Source of the DNA: the human T2T-CHM13v2.0 reference genome, Homo sapiens
Assembly: GCF_009914755.1 (NCBI RefSeq)
Contig: NC_060933.1
Reading direction: 5' to 3' (one strand)
Length of the DNA: 64,000 nt
The position numbers and the translations under genes are program-made. The notes beneath the pieces are model-generated. The model saw nothing but the letters and a program-made list of their open reading frames with translations, had not been told where the DNA came from and searched no databases. This document shows, one piece after another, positions 32,059 to 49,671 of this stretch. Position 1 is the stretch's first letter; each line of letters starts with the position of its first letter.

Positions 32059-32735
32059 TAGCTGGGATTACAGGCACCCACCACCACGCCCAGCTGATTT
32101 TTGTATTTTTAGTAGAGATGGGGTTTCACCATATTGGTCAGGCTGGTCTCGAACTCCTGACTTAGTGATCTGCCCACCTTGGGCTCCCAAAGTGCTGGGA
32201 TTACAAGCATGAGCCACCGCGCCACCGCACCCAGCCCCTTTTCTTTTTTATAATAGCGATGGGGTCTCACCATATTGCCTAGGCTGATCTTGAAGTCCTG
32301 GGCTCAAGCAATCCTCCCACTTCAGCCTCCCAAAGTGCTAGGATTACAGGTGTGAGCCACTGCGCCTGGCTGTTGTTATTGAAATGTCTAGTCTGCCTTC
32401 AATTCTAACAGTTTTTGCTGTATGTATCTTTGGACTTTTTGTTTCACCCAACTTTTATGCTAAAAGTAGAGTTAGACTAAATCATAATTGATCATTGAAG
32501 TCCATTAAAAGTGGGTCAAATTATATGTGTTACACTATTTAAAATCTTGCTTATCATTGTATATCACTTTTTAAATAGAATGTAATTTATTTTGTGGCCA
32601 GGCGCAGTGGCTCATGCCTGTAATCCTATAACTTTGGGAGGCTGAGGCAGGTGGATTGCCTAAGCTCAGGAGTTCGAGATCACCCTGGGCAACATAGTGA
32701 AACCCTGTCTCTGCTAAAATACAAAAAATTAGCTA

Positions 32736-32873
<138 letters not shown>

Positions 32874-34737
32874 TCAGAAAAAAAAAAAAAAAAAAGTAAT
32901 TTATTTTGTGCTTTTGATTTTTTCTAGAAATTTACTTATACGAAAAGAACTATTTATTTGTTTTAAAGAGATGGAGTCTTACTATATTAGCCAGGCTGGT
33001 CTCAAACTCCTGGTCTCAAGCAATCCTCCCTCCTCAGCCCCCTAAAGTGCTGGGATTACAGGCATGAGCCACTGTGCCCAGCACCTGAAAAAGCACTATT
33101 TGGTAGAGTCATGTTTTAACATAGACTCAAAACTTCCCTGCCCCTGAGCAGGGGCCACAAAGTCCCAGTCTGGCTTCTGTGTCATGTTTAGAGGATGTGG
33201 GGTCCAGACAGAATCATCAATGGTCAGGGTCAGGGCTCAACCTAGGGTCCAGAGTGGTTATGTCTGGGAGGCTCAGTGGTATAGCTAGGAGTGGAATTCA
33301 AGCATAACACTATTGAGAGGCCAACTGTGGGCACTAGGGAGGGAAGAGGGAGCAAGTGTTCTAAGTGCAACAGACTATGTATATCCCTGTGCCTGAAAGA
33401 ACTGGTCCCAGCCGGGTTCTGGCCCCCAAGGTTTGTAAGGTTTAGAAAGTGGCCAATATCTCTTGTGATGTCTCAGGCACAGAGATAAATGTGCAAGGAA
33501 CTATGTACCTCTTCTGGCCCCTGTGGGGTGGACTCTGGCTGGGTGATAGGGAAGGCAACTAGGTAAATATTGTGGGAGTCAGTGAAGGTGGGTAGTTTAC
33601 CTCCTTGTATTGGATGTGGTTTCACCTGCGACGGGACATGTGGGGCTAAGACTTCAATTTCCCCTTCAATCGGAAGCCCTCCAAGCTCCAGAGCATCTCC
33701 TCCTTGAAATTTTCCCTATTTTCCCACCCACACGAAAGAGGCTCTGCCTGGAGCACCACCTGTTTCCCCACTACCCCTTCACTGCTCAGGGTGAAGCAGC
33801 ATCAAATGACCCTCTCCCCAGCAGGGTGGTCTTAAGCTTTCACCTCCTAGGGGCATTTCACAGGGGCAGTAGAAAACCAAAATACCCTTTTGACCTTAAA
33901 AAACAATGCCTTACACCTCTACTGAAAGTGCTTGTTTGCTGAATTGAAGACTTTAAGGAATGAAGTTATAATGGTAGGATTTCAATTGAAATTCCTGTGC
34001 AGATATGTGACCCCAAGTGAGGCCCCTATGTTTGGGGAGTAGAGGCTCTGACCGCTAGCCATCCATCCTTTGGCCCAACTCGTTCTTTCTTTTCTAGAAG
34101 TGCCATTCCCCCTTCCCCCTGCTGCTGCTCTCTTGAAGCTGTGCTACGGGGGCCCAGTCTCGGTGAGACCGATTGTCTGCCTTTCCCCAATCCCTACCAA
34201 ATCCACTTTCCGTCCCCTCCCGCCGCCATCCTGCTCAGGATTATGTAATAGGAAGTTCTCAACTAGACTCCCTGGGGAGGGAAAAGGGGCCTGAGAGGGA
34301 AAAACAGCACAAGAATACAGAGCACAAGAGGCACAACCTTTTCCTGTTCTCTAGACTGAGAGCTCCCCAGAACGGGGCCTCCTCTTCTGTTTTCTCCCAT
34401 ACCTCCCCGCAACCCTGGAGCCATGCAACCCAGGGCTCGCCGCATAAGGCCGAGTATTCTACCCTCTCCTCAAGCTGCTGGAAAGATCCTTGGGCAGGAC
34501 TAGCCTTAAGATAAAAAGCAGGCTGCTTCCTTGGGAGCAGGGGTGTGTCTGGAGAGGGTAGGGTATCAGCAGAAGCCCCACTGAGTCGAACAATGGCAGG
34601 AAAGGAAACCACGCAGTTGCCACTGCATTTTTCTTCAAGGCTGAGTCTGTGCAGACCTTTCCTGGAAGGGATGGTGGTATAGCTGTTTCCAGAATAGAAG
34701 GTAGTATTTCTTCAAATGCCTTTCAAAATATGATGGG

Positions 34738-34773
34738 GTGTGTGTGTGTGTGTGTGTGTTTGTGTGTGTGTGT
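34738..34773. repeat. (TG)n microsatellite, one interruption
   Basis: Seen directly. Confidence 0.95.
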
Positions 34774-36155
34774 CTCCCTCACAGAAGCAGAGACAGAGGA
34801 GTGAAAAGAAGCCACATCATAGATGCCTTGAACACCAAAGCTTTGATTTTTTTCTAAATGACATGATTGAATTTCACGAAGATTTCCTTGGCTGCTGTGT
34901 GGATTGGTGGTTTGCCGGGTCCAAGAGCGGAAAGAATTAGGAGACCACTACAGTGGTCCAGGCTCCAGTTGATTAGGTCTGATGTGGGATAGTGGCCAGG
35001 GGACAAAGAAGTCAACATTGGCCCTTACTCAGGGAGGGGAGAAACGACCAGAGTACTTGGTGAGGGGAACCAGGAGAATAAGATTTGCTCTGGAGCCAGA
35101 TCCAGGGTTAGAAATCTGGGGAAACAACAACAAAAACTCTCCCAGAAAACCCATAGCTTGGGCTCATAGAGCAGGCTTGGCTGGGGCTCAACCCATTCAT
35201 ATAGTGTTGGAAGGGAAACTGAGACACACTCTCAGGAACAGAAGGTCACAGAATGGGAGCCTAGGCTCCAGTCCCAGGCTTCCTGCAATGGCCACTCAGT
35301 TCATCCCCAGTACTCCTGAAGGGAGTTCCCATTTATGCATATCACACCCACCACCCACCAGCCCAGGGGTAGAGGGCAGACCAGTGAGGAATTCTGGCTA
35401 CAACAAGGCTGCTGGAAGCTCCACAGGGGAGGGTCAGCACCCGCCCCCACCCAGATCCAGATGTGCAGAGAGAGATAAATTTGGAATGTGCAGGGATAAG
35501 GGACTGGAAAAGGCTGGCAGGAGCCAGGGTTCCTGGCACCCTGGGAAATTAGGGATAGGGATAGCTGGCAGCCCAGTTCTTTTCTCTTTCCCTAACTCCA
35601 AGAAAGATCCTCGTGAATCCTGACATTTCAGCATGCCCTCCCAATTACTTGAATCTTTTTTTAGCATCAATGGAGAAAGGGGAAACACTTCTCGGCCTAG
35701 AATCAGGCCCACTTGGTGGCAGCTTCAGAGATGCACATTTCAGCTAGCTCCCATCCTTGGAGGTATACAGACTGGGATGGGCCATGCTGTTGAAAGGGGA
35801 TGAGTTCTGGGTCTGAGATTCTAGATCCCTGCAAACAGGATACCAACGTTCTAGTGCAGCTGTGGTTACTAATTTTCCATATGACCTCAGGCCAATACCC
35901 TCCTCTCTCAGAGCTTCAGTTTGTTCATCTGTGCTTTTGTGATTAATGGGGTCAATGGCAGAAGCCAGACAAGAAACCAGATCCCAAGCCAAGGGCCAGT
36001 TTGTTGGAATTTGCCCAGACAAGGTGTGCAGTCTGGTTTCCATCCAGGCCGTCAGACACTCCTGCCTGCCTTCAATGCCCTTCTAAAAGGTACTCCTCCT
36101 CCAGGGAAGCCTCACAGATTATCTTCTTCCCCCCCATGTCATACACTGCTTGGTC

Positions 36156-36354
36156 CAGGGCTGTCCAATAATACTTGTTGCAACTATGGAAAAGTTCTAT
36201 AATTTGCACTGTCCAATATATTAGCCACTAGTCACATATGGCTGTTGAACATTTGAAGTGTGGCTAATGTGCCTAAAGAACTGAATTTTAATTAATTTTA
36301 GAAGTAAATTTAAGAAGCCATATGTGGCTACTCACTACCATATTGGACAATACA
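36156..36354. mobile_element. MER3-like (hAT-Charlie) MITE
   Basis: CTGTCCAATA...TATTGGACA inverted ends; AGCCACTAGTCACATATGGCT core. Confidence 0.7.
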
Positions 36355-36454
36355 GGTTCTAGCCAAGGCTTTTCTCTCTTTGTTCCTTGTTTATAATAGT
36401 TCATAGGAGTTACCATTTATTGAGCACTTACTCTTTGCCAATTTTTGTGTGTTT

Positions 36455-36631
36455 TATTTATTTTTTTCCTCTTTTTTTTTCTTAATTTATTATACTTTAA
36501 GTTATAGGGTACATGTGCACAACGTGCAGGTTTGTTACATATGTATACATGTGCCATGTTGGTGTGCTGCACCCGTTAACCCGTCATTTACATTAGGTAT
36601 ATCTCCTAATGCTATTCCTCCCCCCTCCCCC
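36455..36631 (-). mobile_element. Young L1PA 3'-end fragment inserted in a MIR
   Basis: TTATACTTTAAGTT...GGGTACATGTGCACAACGTGCAGGTTTGTTACATATGTATACATGTGCC is the L1PA 3'UTR. Confidence 0.9.
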
Positions 36632-37173
36632 TGCATAGGGTTTTATACACATCTCAGTGAATCCTAGAAATTCCATTTTAAAGATGAAGAAACCAAGGTT
36701 AGGTAAAACTGGTTTCAGGTTGCATAGAAAGCTGGAGAACCATTCAAATGTGGGTCATGTTCTCCAGCCATTTAAGGAACTTTCCAGGGCCCAGCCTGGG
36801 GTTCTCCTTCTACACTTACTCTAGAGCACATGGCTGGACACCAGGGCCTGGGGAGGCTTATCAGTGAGTATCAGTTGGTAGATGGTAGACACTTGATGAA
36901 AAGGAGAGAAACTATATTCACTTTCCATCTCCCAGGGACCCAGGAATCCTGGCTCCTGACATCCCACCTTGAGGTATCTCTCTTTTTGCCTTTCTCCTGG
37001 ACTACAGTGTCCCTTGGGTCACAAACTCAGAGTTCAACTGGTGCTATGTACAGAGGACGGGGGAGGGGGTGTCACAGCAGGCCCAGAGAAAGCCATCCAG
37101 GCTGAGAGCTGGGTTCTAGAAGGATCCTTGTTTTTAATCAATAAAACAAGAAATAGTATTATAATAGCTACCA

Positions 37174-37179
37174 TTTATT
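37174..37179 (-). terminator. MYORG: Candidate distal MYORG poly(A) signal AATAAA (in a MIR)
   Basis: TTTATT on + strand ~4.1 kb past the stop, followed on minus by T/GT-rich sequence; consistent with the long MYORG 3'UTR as recalled. Confidence 0.6.
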
Positions 37180-37434
37180 GAGCACCTACTTTGTGCCAGG
37201 CACTTTACATACATTTGTGCTTATAATTCTTACAACAACCTCGGGAGGTAGGCATTATTATCACCATTTGATATATGAGAAAACAGAGGCTTAGCAAGGT
37301 TAAGCGGCTTGTTCAAGGTCACAGAGCTGGTAGATAAGTGATAGAATCAGCACTTGAGTTGTGCATCTGTGAGGGCCCCAAAGCTTTCATCAGGCATTTT
37401 CCACACTGAGAAAATAAAGAAGGTAGAGGAGTGG

Positions 37435-39703
37435 TGTATTAGTCTGTTTTCACACTGCTGATAAAGACATACCCGAGACTGGGTAATTTATGAAGAAAAA
37501 GAGGTTTAATGAACTCACAGTTCCATGTGGCTGGGAGGCCTCACAATCATGGTGGAAGGCAAAAGGCACATCTTACATGGCAGCAGACAAGAGAGAATGA
37601 GAGCCAAGCAAAAGGGGAAACCCCTTATTAAACCATCAGATCTCGTGAGACTTATTCACTACCACCAGAACAGTATGGGAGAAACTGCCCCTATGATTCA
37701 ATTATCTCCCACCAGGTCCCTCCCACAATTATGGGAGCTACAATTTAAGGTGATATTTGGATGGGGACACAGCCAAACCATATCATTCTCTCCCTGGCCC
37801 CTCCCAAATCTCATGTCCTCTCATTTAAAAATCAATCATGCCTTCCCAACAGTCCCCCAAAGTCTTAACTCATTTCAGCATTAACTCAAAAGTCCATACT
37901 CCAAAGTCTCATCTGAAACAAGGCAAGTCCCTTCCACCTATGAGCCTGTAAAATCAAAGGCTAGTTAGTTACTTCCTAGATACAACGGAGGTACAGGCAT
38001 TGGCTGAATACACCCATTTCAAGTGGGAGAAGTTGGCCAAAACGAAGTGGCTAAAGGCCCCATGCAAGTCTGAAATCCAGCAGGGCAGTTAAATCTTAAA
38101 GCTCCAAAATGGTCTCCTTTGACTCCATGTCTCACATCCAGGTCACACTGATGCAGGAGGTGGGTTCCCATGGTCTTGGGCAGCTCCACCCCTATGGCAT
38201 TGCAGGGTACAGCCTACTTCTCGGTTGCTTTTACAGGCTGGCGTTGAGTGTCTGTGGCTTTTCCAGGTGCATGGTGCAAGCTGTCAGTGGATATACCATT
38301 CTGATGTCTGGAGGACGGTGGCCTTCTTCTGACAGCTCTACTAGGCAGTGTCCCAGTGGGGTCTCTGTGTGGGGGCTTCCCCTTCCACATTGCCTTAACA
38401 GAGGTTCTCCATGAGGGCCTCACTCCTGTAGCAAACTTCTGCCTGGACATACATGCATTTCCATACATTCTCTGAAATCTAGGCAGAGGTTCCCAAACCT
38501 CAGTTCTTGACTTCTGTGCACCTGCAGGCTCAACACTACGTGGAAGATGCCAAGACTTGGGGCTTGCACCCTCTGAAGCCAAGGCCTGAGCTGTATCTTG
38601 GCCCCTTTTAGCCATGACTAGAGCAGCTGGGATGCATGGTACCAAGTCCCTGGGCTGCACACAGCAAGGGGACCTTGGGCCTGGCCCACAAAACCATTTT
38701 TTCCCTCCTAGGCCTCCAGGCCTGTGATGGGAGGCACTGCTGCAAAGGTCTCTGACATGCCCTGCAGACATTTTCCCCATGTCTTAGTGATTAACATTTG
38801 GCTCCTTGTTACTTATGCAAATTTCTGCAGGGGGCTTGAATTTATCCTCAGAAAATGGGTTTTTCTTTTCTATCTCATCATCAGGCTGCAAATTTTCCAA
38901 ACTTTTATAGTCTGTTTCCCTTTTAAAACTGAATGCTTTTAACAGCACCCAAGTCACCTCATGAATGCTTTGCTGCTTAGAAATTTCTTCTGCCAGATAC
39001 CCTAAATCATCTCCCTCGAGTTCAAAGTTCCACAAATCTCTAGGGCAGGGGCAAAATGCAGCCAGTCTCTTTGCTAAAATATAGCAAGAGTCACCTTTAC
39101 TCCAGTACCAAACAAGTTCCTCATCGCTATCTGAGACCAACTCAGCCTGGATTTCATGTCCCAATCATTATCAGCATTTTGGTCAAAGCCATTTAACAAG
39201 TCTCTAGGAAGTCCCAAACTTTCCCACATTTTCCTGTCTTCTGATCCCTCCAAACTGTTCCAACCTCTGCCTGTTACCCAGTTCCAAAGTTGCTTCCACA
39301 TTTTTGGGTATTTACAGCAGCGCCCCACTCTACTGGTACCAATTTACTGTATAGGTTCATTTTCACAGTGCTGATAAAGACATAACCAAGACTGGGTAAT
39401 TTATAAAGAAAAAGAGGTTTAATGAACTCACAGCTCCACGTGGCTGGGGAGGCCTCACAAGCATGACAGAAAGTCACGTCTTACATGGCGGCAGGCAAGA
39501 GAGAATGAGAACTAAGCAAAAGGGGAAACCTCTTATAAAATCATCAGCTCTCATGAGATCTATTCACTATCACCAGAACAGTATGGCGGAAACTGCCCCC
39601 ATATTTCAATTATCTCCCACTGGGTCCTTCCCACAACACATGGCAATTATGGGAGCTACAATTCAAGATGAGTTTTAGGTGGGGACACAGCCAAACCATA
39701 TCA
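37435..39703 (-). mobile_element. Full-length THE1 (MaLR) provirus: LTR 39348-39703, internal 37786-39347, LTR 37435-37785
   Basis: Both LTRs read TGATATGGTTTGGCTGTGTCCCC...ACA on minus; ~1.56 kb THE1-int; 5-bp TSD agtgg/ggtgg. Confidence 0.93.
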
Positions 39704-40198
39704 GGTGGGGAAACGGATGCATTCTCTAGGGGGTAGGGGACTGGTTTTGCTACCAGAGCTGTTGATGGAAGCTAAAGTTCACCCTGTTTCCCACCGACCC
39801 GCTCTGGCATGCCACTTTTCTCCAGACTCAGCTGCAAAGTCAGAAAAAACTCACTCCGGCTGAGGTTGCTCTTCTTAGAAAGAGAAAATGGCTGGCGTGG
39901 TGGCTCATGCCTGTAATCCCAACACTTTGGGAGGCCAAGGTGGGTGCATCACTAGGTCAGGAGTTTGAGACTAGCCTGGCCAACATGGTAAACCCCATCT
40001 CTACTAAAAAATACAAAAAGCCAGGCATAGTGATGCATGCCTGTAATCTCAGCTACTCAATCGCTTGAACCTAGGAGGAGGGGTTGCAGTGAGCTGATTG
40101 TGCCACTGCACTCCAACCTGGGTGACAGAGCAAGACTCCATCTAAGGGGGGGCGGGGGGAAGAGAAAATGGCTGAGATGAAAGACCTTCCCCTGTCTG

Positions 40199-40204
40199 TT
40201 TATT
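40199..40204 (-). terminator. MYORG: Candidate proximal MYORG poly(A) signal AATAAA
   Basis: TTTATT on + strand ~1.1 kb past the stop. Confidence 0.45.
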
Positions 40205-40491
40205 GGTAGTTGTCAGTGTGTGCATGTAGCCTGTGTTCAGAAGCACAGACCACCAGAGTAAGAACATCACTCCCTTCTAGGCCACACCCCAGGCACATGT
40301 GCAGGGGGTGAGGCAGCTGAGGAATCTTGAAAGGGCTATTTATTTCCTACGAGAGTCCTGGGGAAACCGCCTGGGAGGAGGCTGGCTCAGCAATCAGAGC
40401 CTCAAATTTGCTCCATGCCCCCTTCCTCCAGATCATCCAGCCTCAGAGAGGTTGTGTTCATTTCATAGATCAGGGACCCATGATGCGTGTT

Positions 40492-40523
<32 letters not shown>

Positions 40524-40528
40524 GCACA
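40492..40528. repeat. (CT)n(CA)n compound microsatellite in MYORG 3'UTR
   Basis: Seen directly. Confidence 0.9.
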
Positions 40529-41285
40529 CTCTTCAGTTAAGGCACGAAGTCTGGCCTGCATGGCCCTGCAAGTCTGTTCCCATCAGGCACATTTGGCCCA
40601 GGGCTGAGCCCATGTATGTACACAAATGGGTTAGTGCAGTGTTAGGAGTCTCTTCACAAATTGGGAACATGATGATGGCTCTGTGCTAAGCCCAGTCCTC
40701 CTGTTCCCTGGGAGGGGATCTCTTGCCTCCTTGTCAGCCAAACACCTCCCCAGCTGGACTGGGACCAAATCAGCCACAGTTCAGGTGAGTGCTGGGGACT
40801 CAGGGCCTGGCTTCTAACACTAAGAAAACACACGTTCTAAGTGTGGTGGGGGCTATTTGGAGACCTTAAATAAGATCAAGTCCCCACCTAAGATGGACAA
40901 AGATGGCCACGAAAGCCAGGAGGGGGAGGTTTCTCTTTGTGCTTTTAAACCCCAACCATGTATAACCATGTATAACAGGAAGAGAGCTGACCTTTTTCCT
41001 CTAAGCTCTCTGGCTTCCACCCCAGGGAAGAGGTTTCTGCAGATTGGTGTGAGTGTGGGGGTGGAAAGGGCACAGTAAGGATTGTGCGTTGGAGCAGGAG
41101 ATTGCTTCAGTGCCCCCTCCCTAGGCCCCACCTTCAGCAGCTGGTTCCAGCACATTTAAGTCAGCAGCCACTTAATGGGTGGTATAGAGGTGGAGGTTCC
41201 TGGGAGTACATGGTGCGGGTGTGACGGAGGGTTCAAGGTCTGCATGAAGACTGGGGGCTTTGCGGTTACCGGGCCCTGGGCTGGG

Positions 41286-43493
<2,208 letters not shown>

Positions 43494-43873
43494 CTGAAAG
43501 GAGGAGACAGAGATGGAACTGAGCTATCTCATCCCATGATATTTCCATTTGCTGCCGCAAGCTAAGAGGAGGTGTATACTTTGGGAAGATGAATACTGGA
43601 ACCTGAGGGCTTGAAGAGTGGCAAAGGTGAGACCCTTACCAGGACAATCTGTGCCTAACCCACCCTTTCTCATGGGACCTAATGCTTGCCCAAATTAGGA
43701 CTCTGTGACTGGGGAGCGGCCCATGTGACTGGGAGATGGCACCCATCCTCATTTTCCTAGTGGAGAAACAAACCCTGAGAGGGTCAGGAAGCTTTCCAGG
43801 ATCACAGGATAAGCCAGGCCTCCCCAGATCACACATGGGGCCGTTCGGGCTGAAGAGACGGGAAAGGAACTAG

Positions 43874-44099
<226 letters not shown>

Positions 44100-45129
44100 T
44101 AGCTAATTTTTGTATTTTTGGTAGAGACAGGGTTTCACCATGTTGGTCAGGCTGGCTTCGAACTCATGACCTCAAGTGATCCACCTGCCTCAGCCTCCAG
44201 AAGTGCTGGCATTACAGGCGTGAGCCACCTCGCCCAGTCCCCCTTGAGACTTTTAACAGGGCGGTAGGCTAGCTTCCCTGTCCCCAGAGGGGGAGAGGAG
44301 GGAGGAAGGGAGAACAGCTCAGGGATGTGTTTTTATCCTGAGTCAAAAGCCTGATGAAGTCTGGAGATTGAAGAAGACACCCAAAGCCAGACTTAGTCCC
44401 AGGGCCTGGTTTGGAGGGAGGTAGAGTTGGGTTCAGACATTAGGGCCTGGGGCAGGAGCCTGGCATGGGGGGCCAGTTGTTTCTCACATCTGCTTCTCTT
44501 TGCCCTCAAACTCACCCTGCTCTCAGCCATCATCCATCACCAAATCCATTTCCATGCCTGCCTTCCTGCTTTGCTCCTGGCACCACATCTGTGGGCCAGC
44601 TACTTCCTCGCTCTGTTTCACCCACTGTCCTGTTTCTGTCATAGTTTGGGCACTGTCACTTCTCCCCTGTATTACCAAACGCTTCCCCCAACAGGCCTCT
44701 CTGACTCTAACTTCTTTCTCACCAGTGCCTTCTGATCACGGCAACCATAGTGATCTTTCTAAAGCACTTATCAAACCATATCTATCCCTAGCTTCGAGAG
44801 CTGCTCATTGCTTCCATGATGAAATTTAAAAGTGTTTGCTTTGCACTGGAGGCTCCAGGCATGATGTGTTCTCAGCTACCATTCTGATTCCATTTCCAGC
44901 CAAGCCTATCTTGTGATTACCAAGCTCGTTCCTTCCCCAACCTAAATCCTTTAGGCCACCTGCTTCAGGAGATTTCACCCACCTAGCTTGGCCCAACGCA
45001 CCTCCTCCACCTACCTGCTCTCCAGGGATCAGACACCCACCACTACCACTAACACACATAAACTCTGACACACTATATGCTAAATATCCAGATATGAGGC
45101 CATGCACGGTGCTCATGCCTGTAATCCTA

Positions 45130-45381
<252 letters not shown>

Positions 45382-46989
45382 CTATCTCAAAAAAAAAAAA
45401 AAAAAAATACAGATATGACTACAGGGAAACACAGGCTCAGGGGAAGAGGTGTGTCCTACTCTGCCACTCAAGGCCACTGACCGTTCCTGTCCCAGGCTTC
45501 AGAGCAGAGTCCAACAAAGAAATAGCACCACCCAGGTGCACACACGGGCATACACACAGCCAGCCAGTTGGTTGCCCAACTGCTCCAGCTCGGGGGAAGA
45601 AGAGAAGGAGACTAGCAAACAGTAATTAGCCTCCTCCCAGATGCCAGTGTCTGTCTCTAAGTCCCCAGGGACTTCCAAGGAGATGCCGGAAATACTCAGG
45701 TTTTTCACCTCCCCCATGCAAGAATGCAAGGTGTGGAGCAGAATTTGATCCTAAATGTCAATACACAGCTCCTCCCATAGGCACTTCCCACACGGTGCTA
45801 GCTCAGGGCCTCATTCTCAGTGCCCTCTGCCCCCAGCTGCCTAAGCTTGTCAGCCCTAGCTGGTCTGGAACAGACTCTTATTCCCTTTCTCTCAGTCTAC
45901 AATGACTTAGCTTTCCTCCCCATTCCTATATAGATACAGCTTAGAAAACACCTCCTGGAAAATGCAGCCAGTGGCCTTTAGGTGATGCCCTCAAGCTGAG
46001 CAGAACCCAAAGAAGGCTTTAGGTGGCTCAGATCACACCTGTGAGTTTATATTCATTCATTCAAGATAACCAAAGCCCTATTCTGGGCACCAAGGAAATA
46101 AGGAGAGAGAGGGTCAGTATCTGAAGAGGAGAGAGACTTCCTCATCCTCAAAACTTTCATATGAAGTCAGCCTATCTCATGAGCCCTGGAGGCAGGAAGA
46201 GGCCACCAAGGTGGATTCAAAAGCCCTTTCCGACAGTTATGTTTTGAGAATCTTAATTTTCTGGGATCTGAAGTTCTTTGATGAAAGACAGAAGCCCACA
46301 GGCCTGGGCACCCACCCACCCCAGGCACCATGATAGTGTCCCAAATGTCACCACAGCATCCAGTTCTATCAACAATGTGGAACAGCAGACCTAGCTGCAG
46401 TGTCCATTTTACAGGTGAGGAAACGTGGCCCAAACAGAAAAAGGAACTTGTCTGAAGTTAGCCAGGTATCAAGGCTGCCTGGATCTAAAATCCCAGCCCA
46501 GCTCTCCACAGTGTAAGTTTTAGGAGATGGGAGATAATGATCTGACCTGGCTGCCTGAATGCAGTAGCAGAAAGGAGCCCTGGGGCTGAGCTGGTGGGAC
46601 CAGCTTCCATCAGATGGACATGGCATGGTGAGGCCTGTCTTTCCAAGGGCTGGTGCTGCTGCTTGCTCCACGCGGACCACGAAGACCACGAGGGCAGCAA
46701 AGAGGGCAATTTTAATGGCATCTGGTACCGGGGCTTTGGGGGAGGAAGTCTGTGGTTCCGGTGTTAACAGTGGTGCCAGAGACCTCTGTAATCTGCCGCC
46801 TCCGCCAGGTGGAGTCTGGGCTCTGCCCCTGCTGAGCCTCTCCCCACCGGACACTCAACCTCAGCCTTGGCTGCCACAGCTAGTCTGGTCTGAGGGGGAG
46901 GGCCCCGCCCGACTCAACTGAGGGGAGGCCATTCCAAGTAGAATCGTTAGTTGGACACAGTTCCCGGGGGGATGGAAATGTCAAAGGCA

Positions 46990-48572
<1,583 letters not shown>

Positions 48573-49504
48573 TGAGAGAGGGTCTCGCTCTGTCGCCCAG
48601 GCTGGAGTGCAGTGGCGTTAACATAGCTCACTGCAGCCTCAATGTCCTTGGTTCAAGCTATCCCCTCCCGCCTCAGGCTCCTGAGTAACTTGGACCACAT
48701 GTGTGTGCCACCATACCCTGCTAATTTTTAAATTTTTTTGTAGAGAAGGGGTCTCTTTATGTTGCCCCAGCTGGTATCGAATTCCTGGGCTCAAGTGATC
48801 CTCCTGCCTCTGCCTCCCAAAGTGGTGAGATTACAGGTGTGAGCCTCTGCACCCAGCTGGTTTCATATCTATTTGATGCAGAAATAAAAATACTGAAGAT
48901 CACAGAGATTTTAGAATGGCCCCTTCTCGCTCCCTGAGGGGCAGAGAAACAGGGCTTTGTTTTGCAACTTGAAATTTCTTTGTCATGAGACCCTCCAAAA
49001 TTATGTTTTGACCAGTTGGACTTGGAATGGGGGACACACCTTGTGCAGCAAGGGTGTCTGAGCACAGAGAGGCTTTTGGGAGGCTGTGATGGGGACTCCT
49101 GGAAGCAGAGATCAAGAGCTTTGGGTGTAGGGATAGGTCTTTGACTGTGGAAGGAAGGATTCTGGGTCCTCTGATGAGTGGGAGGGCATCTAAGTTTGGG
49201 AGCATACTGAAGAAATGTTAGCTGGAGGGTCTTCGTGGGGTGGAAAGTAGATGGCTCCTGCCTGCATTGCAGGGTGGACCCATCCGTTTGGGCTCTGGGA
49301 TTCAGGGGAGGAGGACAGCAGCTGGATATAAGGCTACTGTTCTGTGTCAGGAGGGCACTCAGGGATGTACTGAGATGATGGGGTTGGAAGGGCCCAGGGA
49401 AGGGTGACTTTGAGAAAAATTGCATCTCAGTTGAAGGGGTTTGATAGAGGCCTGAGTGACTGGCCCTTCACTTCCAGATCCTGCTGGGTAAGGACACAGG
49501 AGGC

Positions 49505-49671
49505 AGGCTTTGGGGTTGAAGAGTTTATTTATTGCTCTGCCCCCTTGGCACAGCAAGCCCAGGCTCTACCAGCAACGATAGTCGGGATAGGTCTCAGACA
49601 CAAACTCAGGATGGATAACATAGTTGTTTCTCTGGGGACCACCAGACTTCTTGAAGTGACTTGTGTCCCAT
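49505..49671 (-). CDS. SPMIP6: SPMIP6 terminal exon: 3'UTR in the main frame, coding (RWDTSHFKKSGGPQRNNYVIHPEFVSETYPDYRCW*, stop 49566-49568) in the alternative frame
   Basis: cttcctgtAG| at 49672; overlapping AATAAATAAA at 49524-49533. Confidence 0.82.

Noticed and set aside
34982-35623. 213-aa ORF
   Set aside because: No homology recognised, no splice or promoter support; likely chance
37525-39678. ORFs of 100-188 aa
   Set aside because: Decayed THE1 LTR/internal sequence
48757-49425. 222-aa minus-strand ORF downstream of SPMIP6
   Set aside because: Beyond the poly(A) signal, ends in an Alu, no recognisable domain
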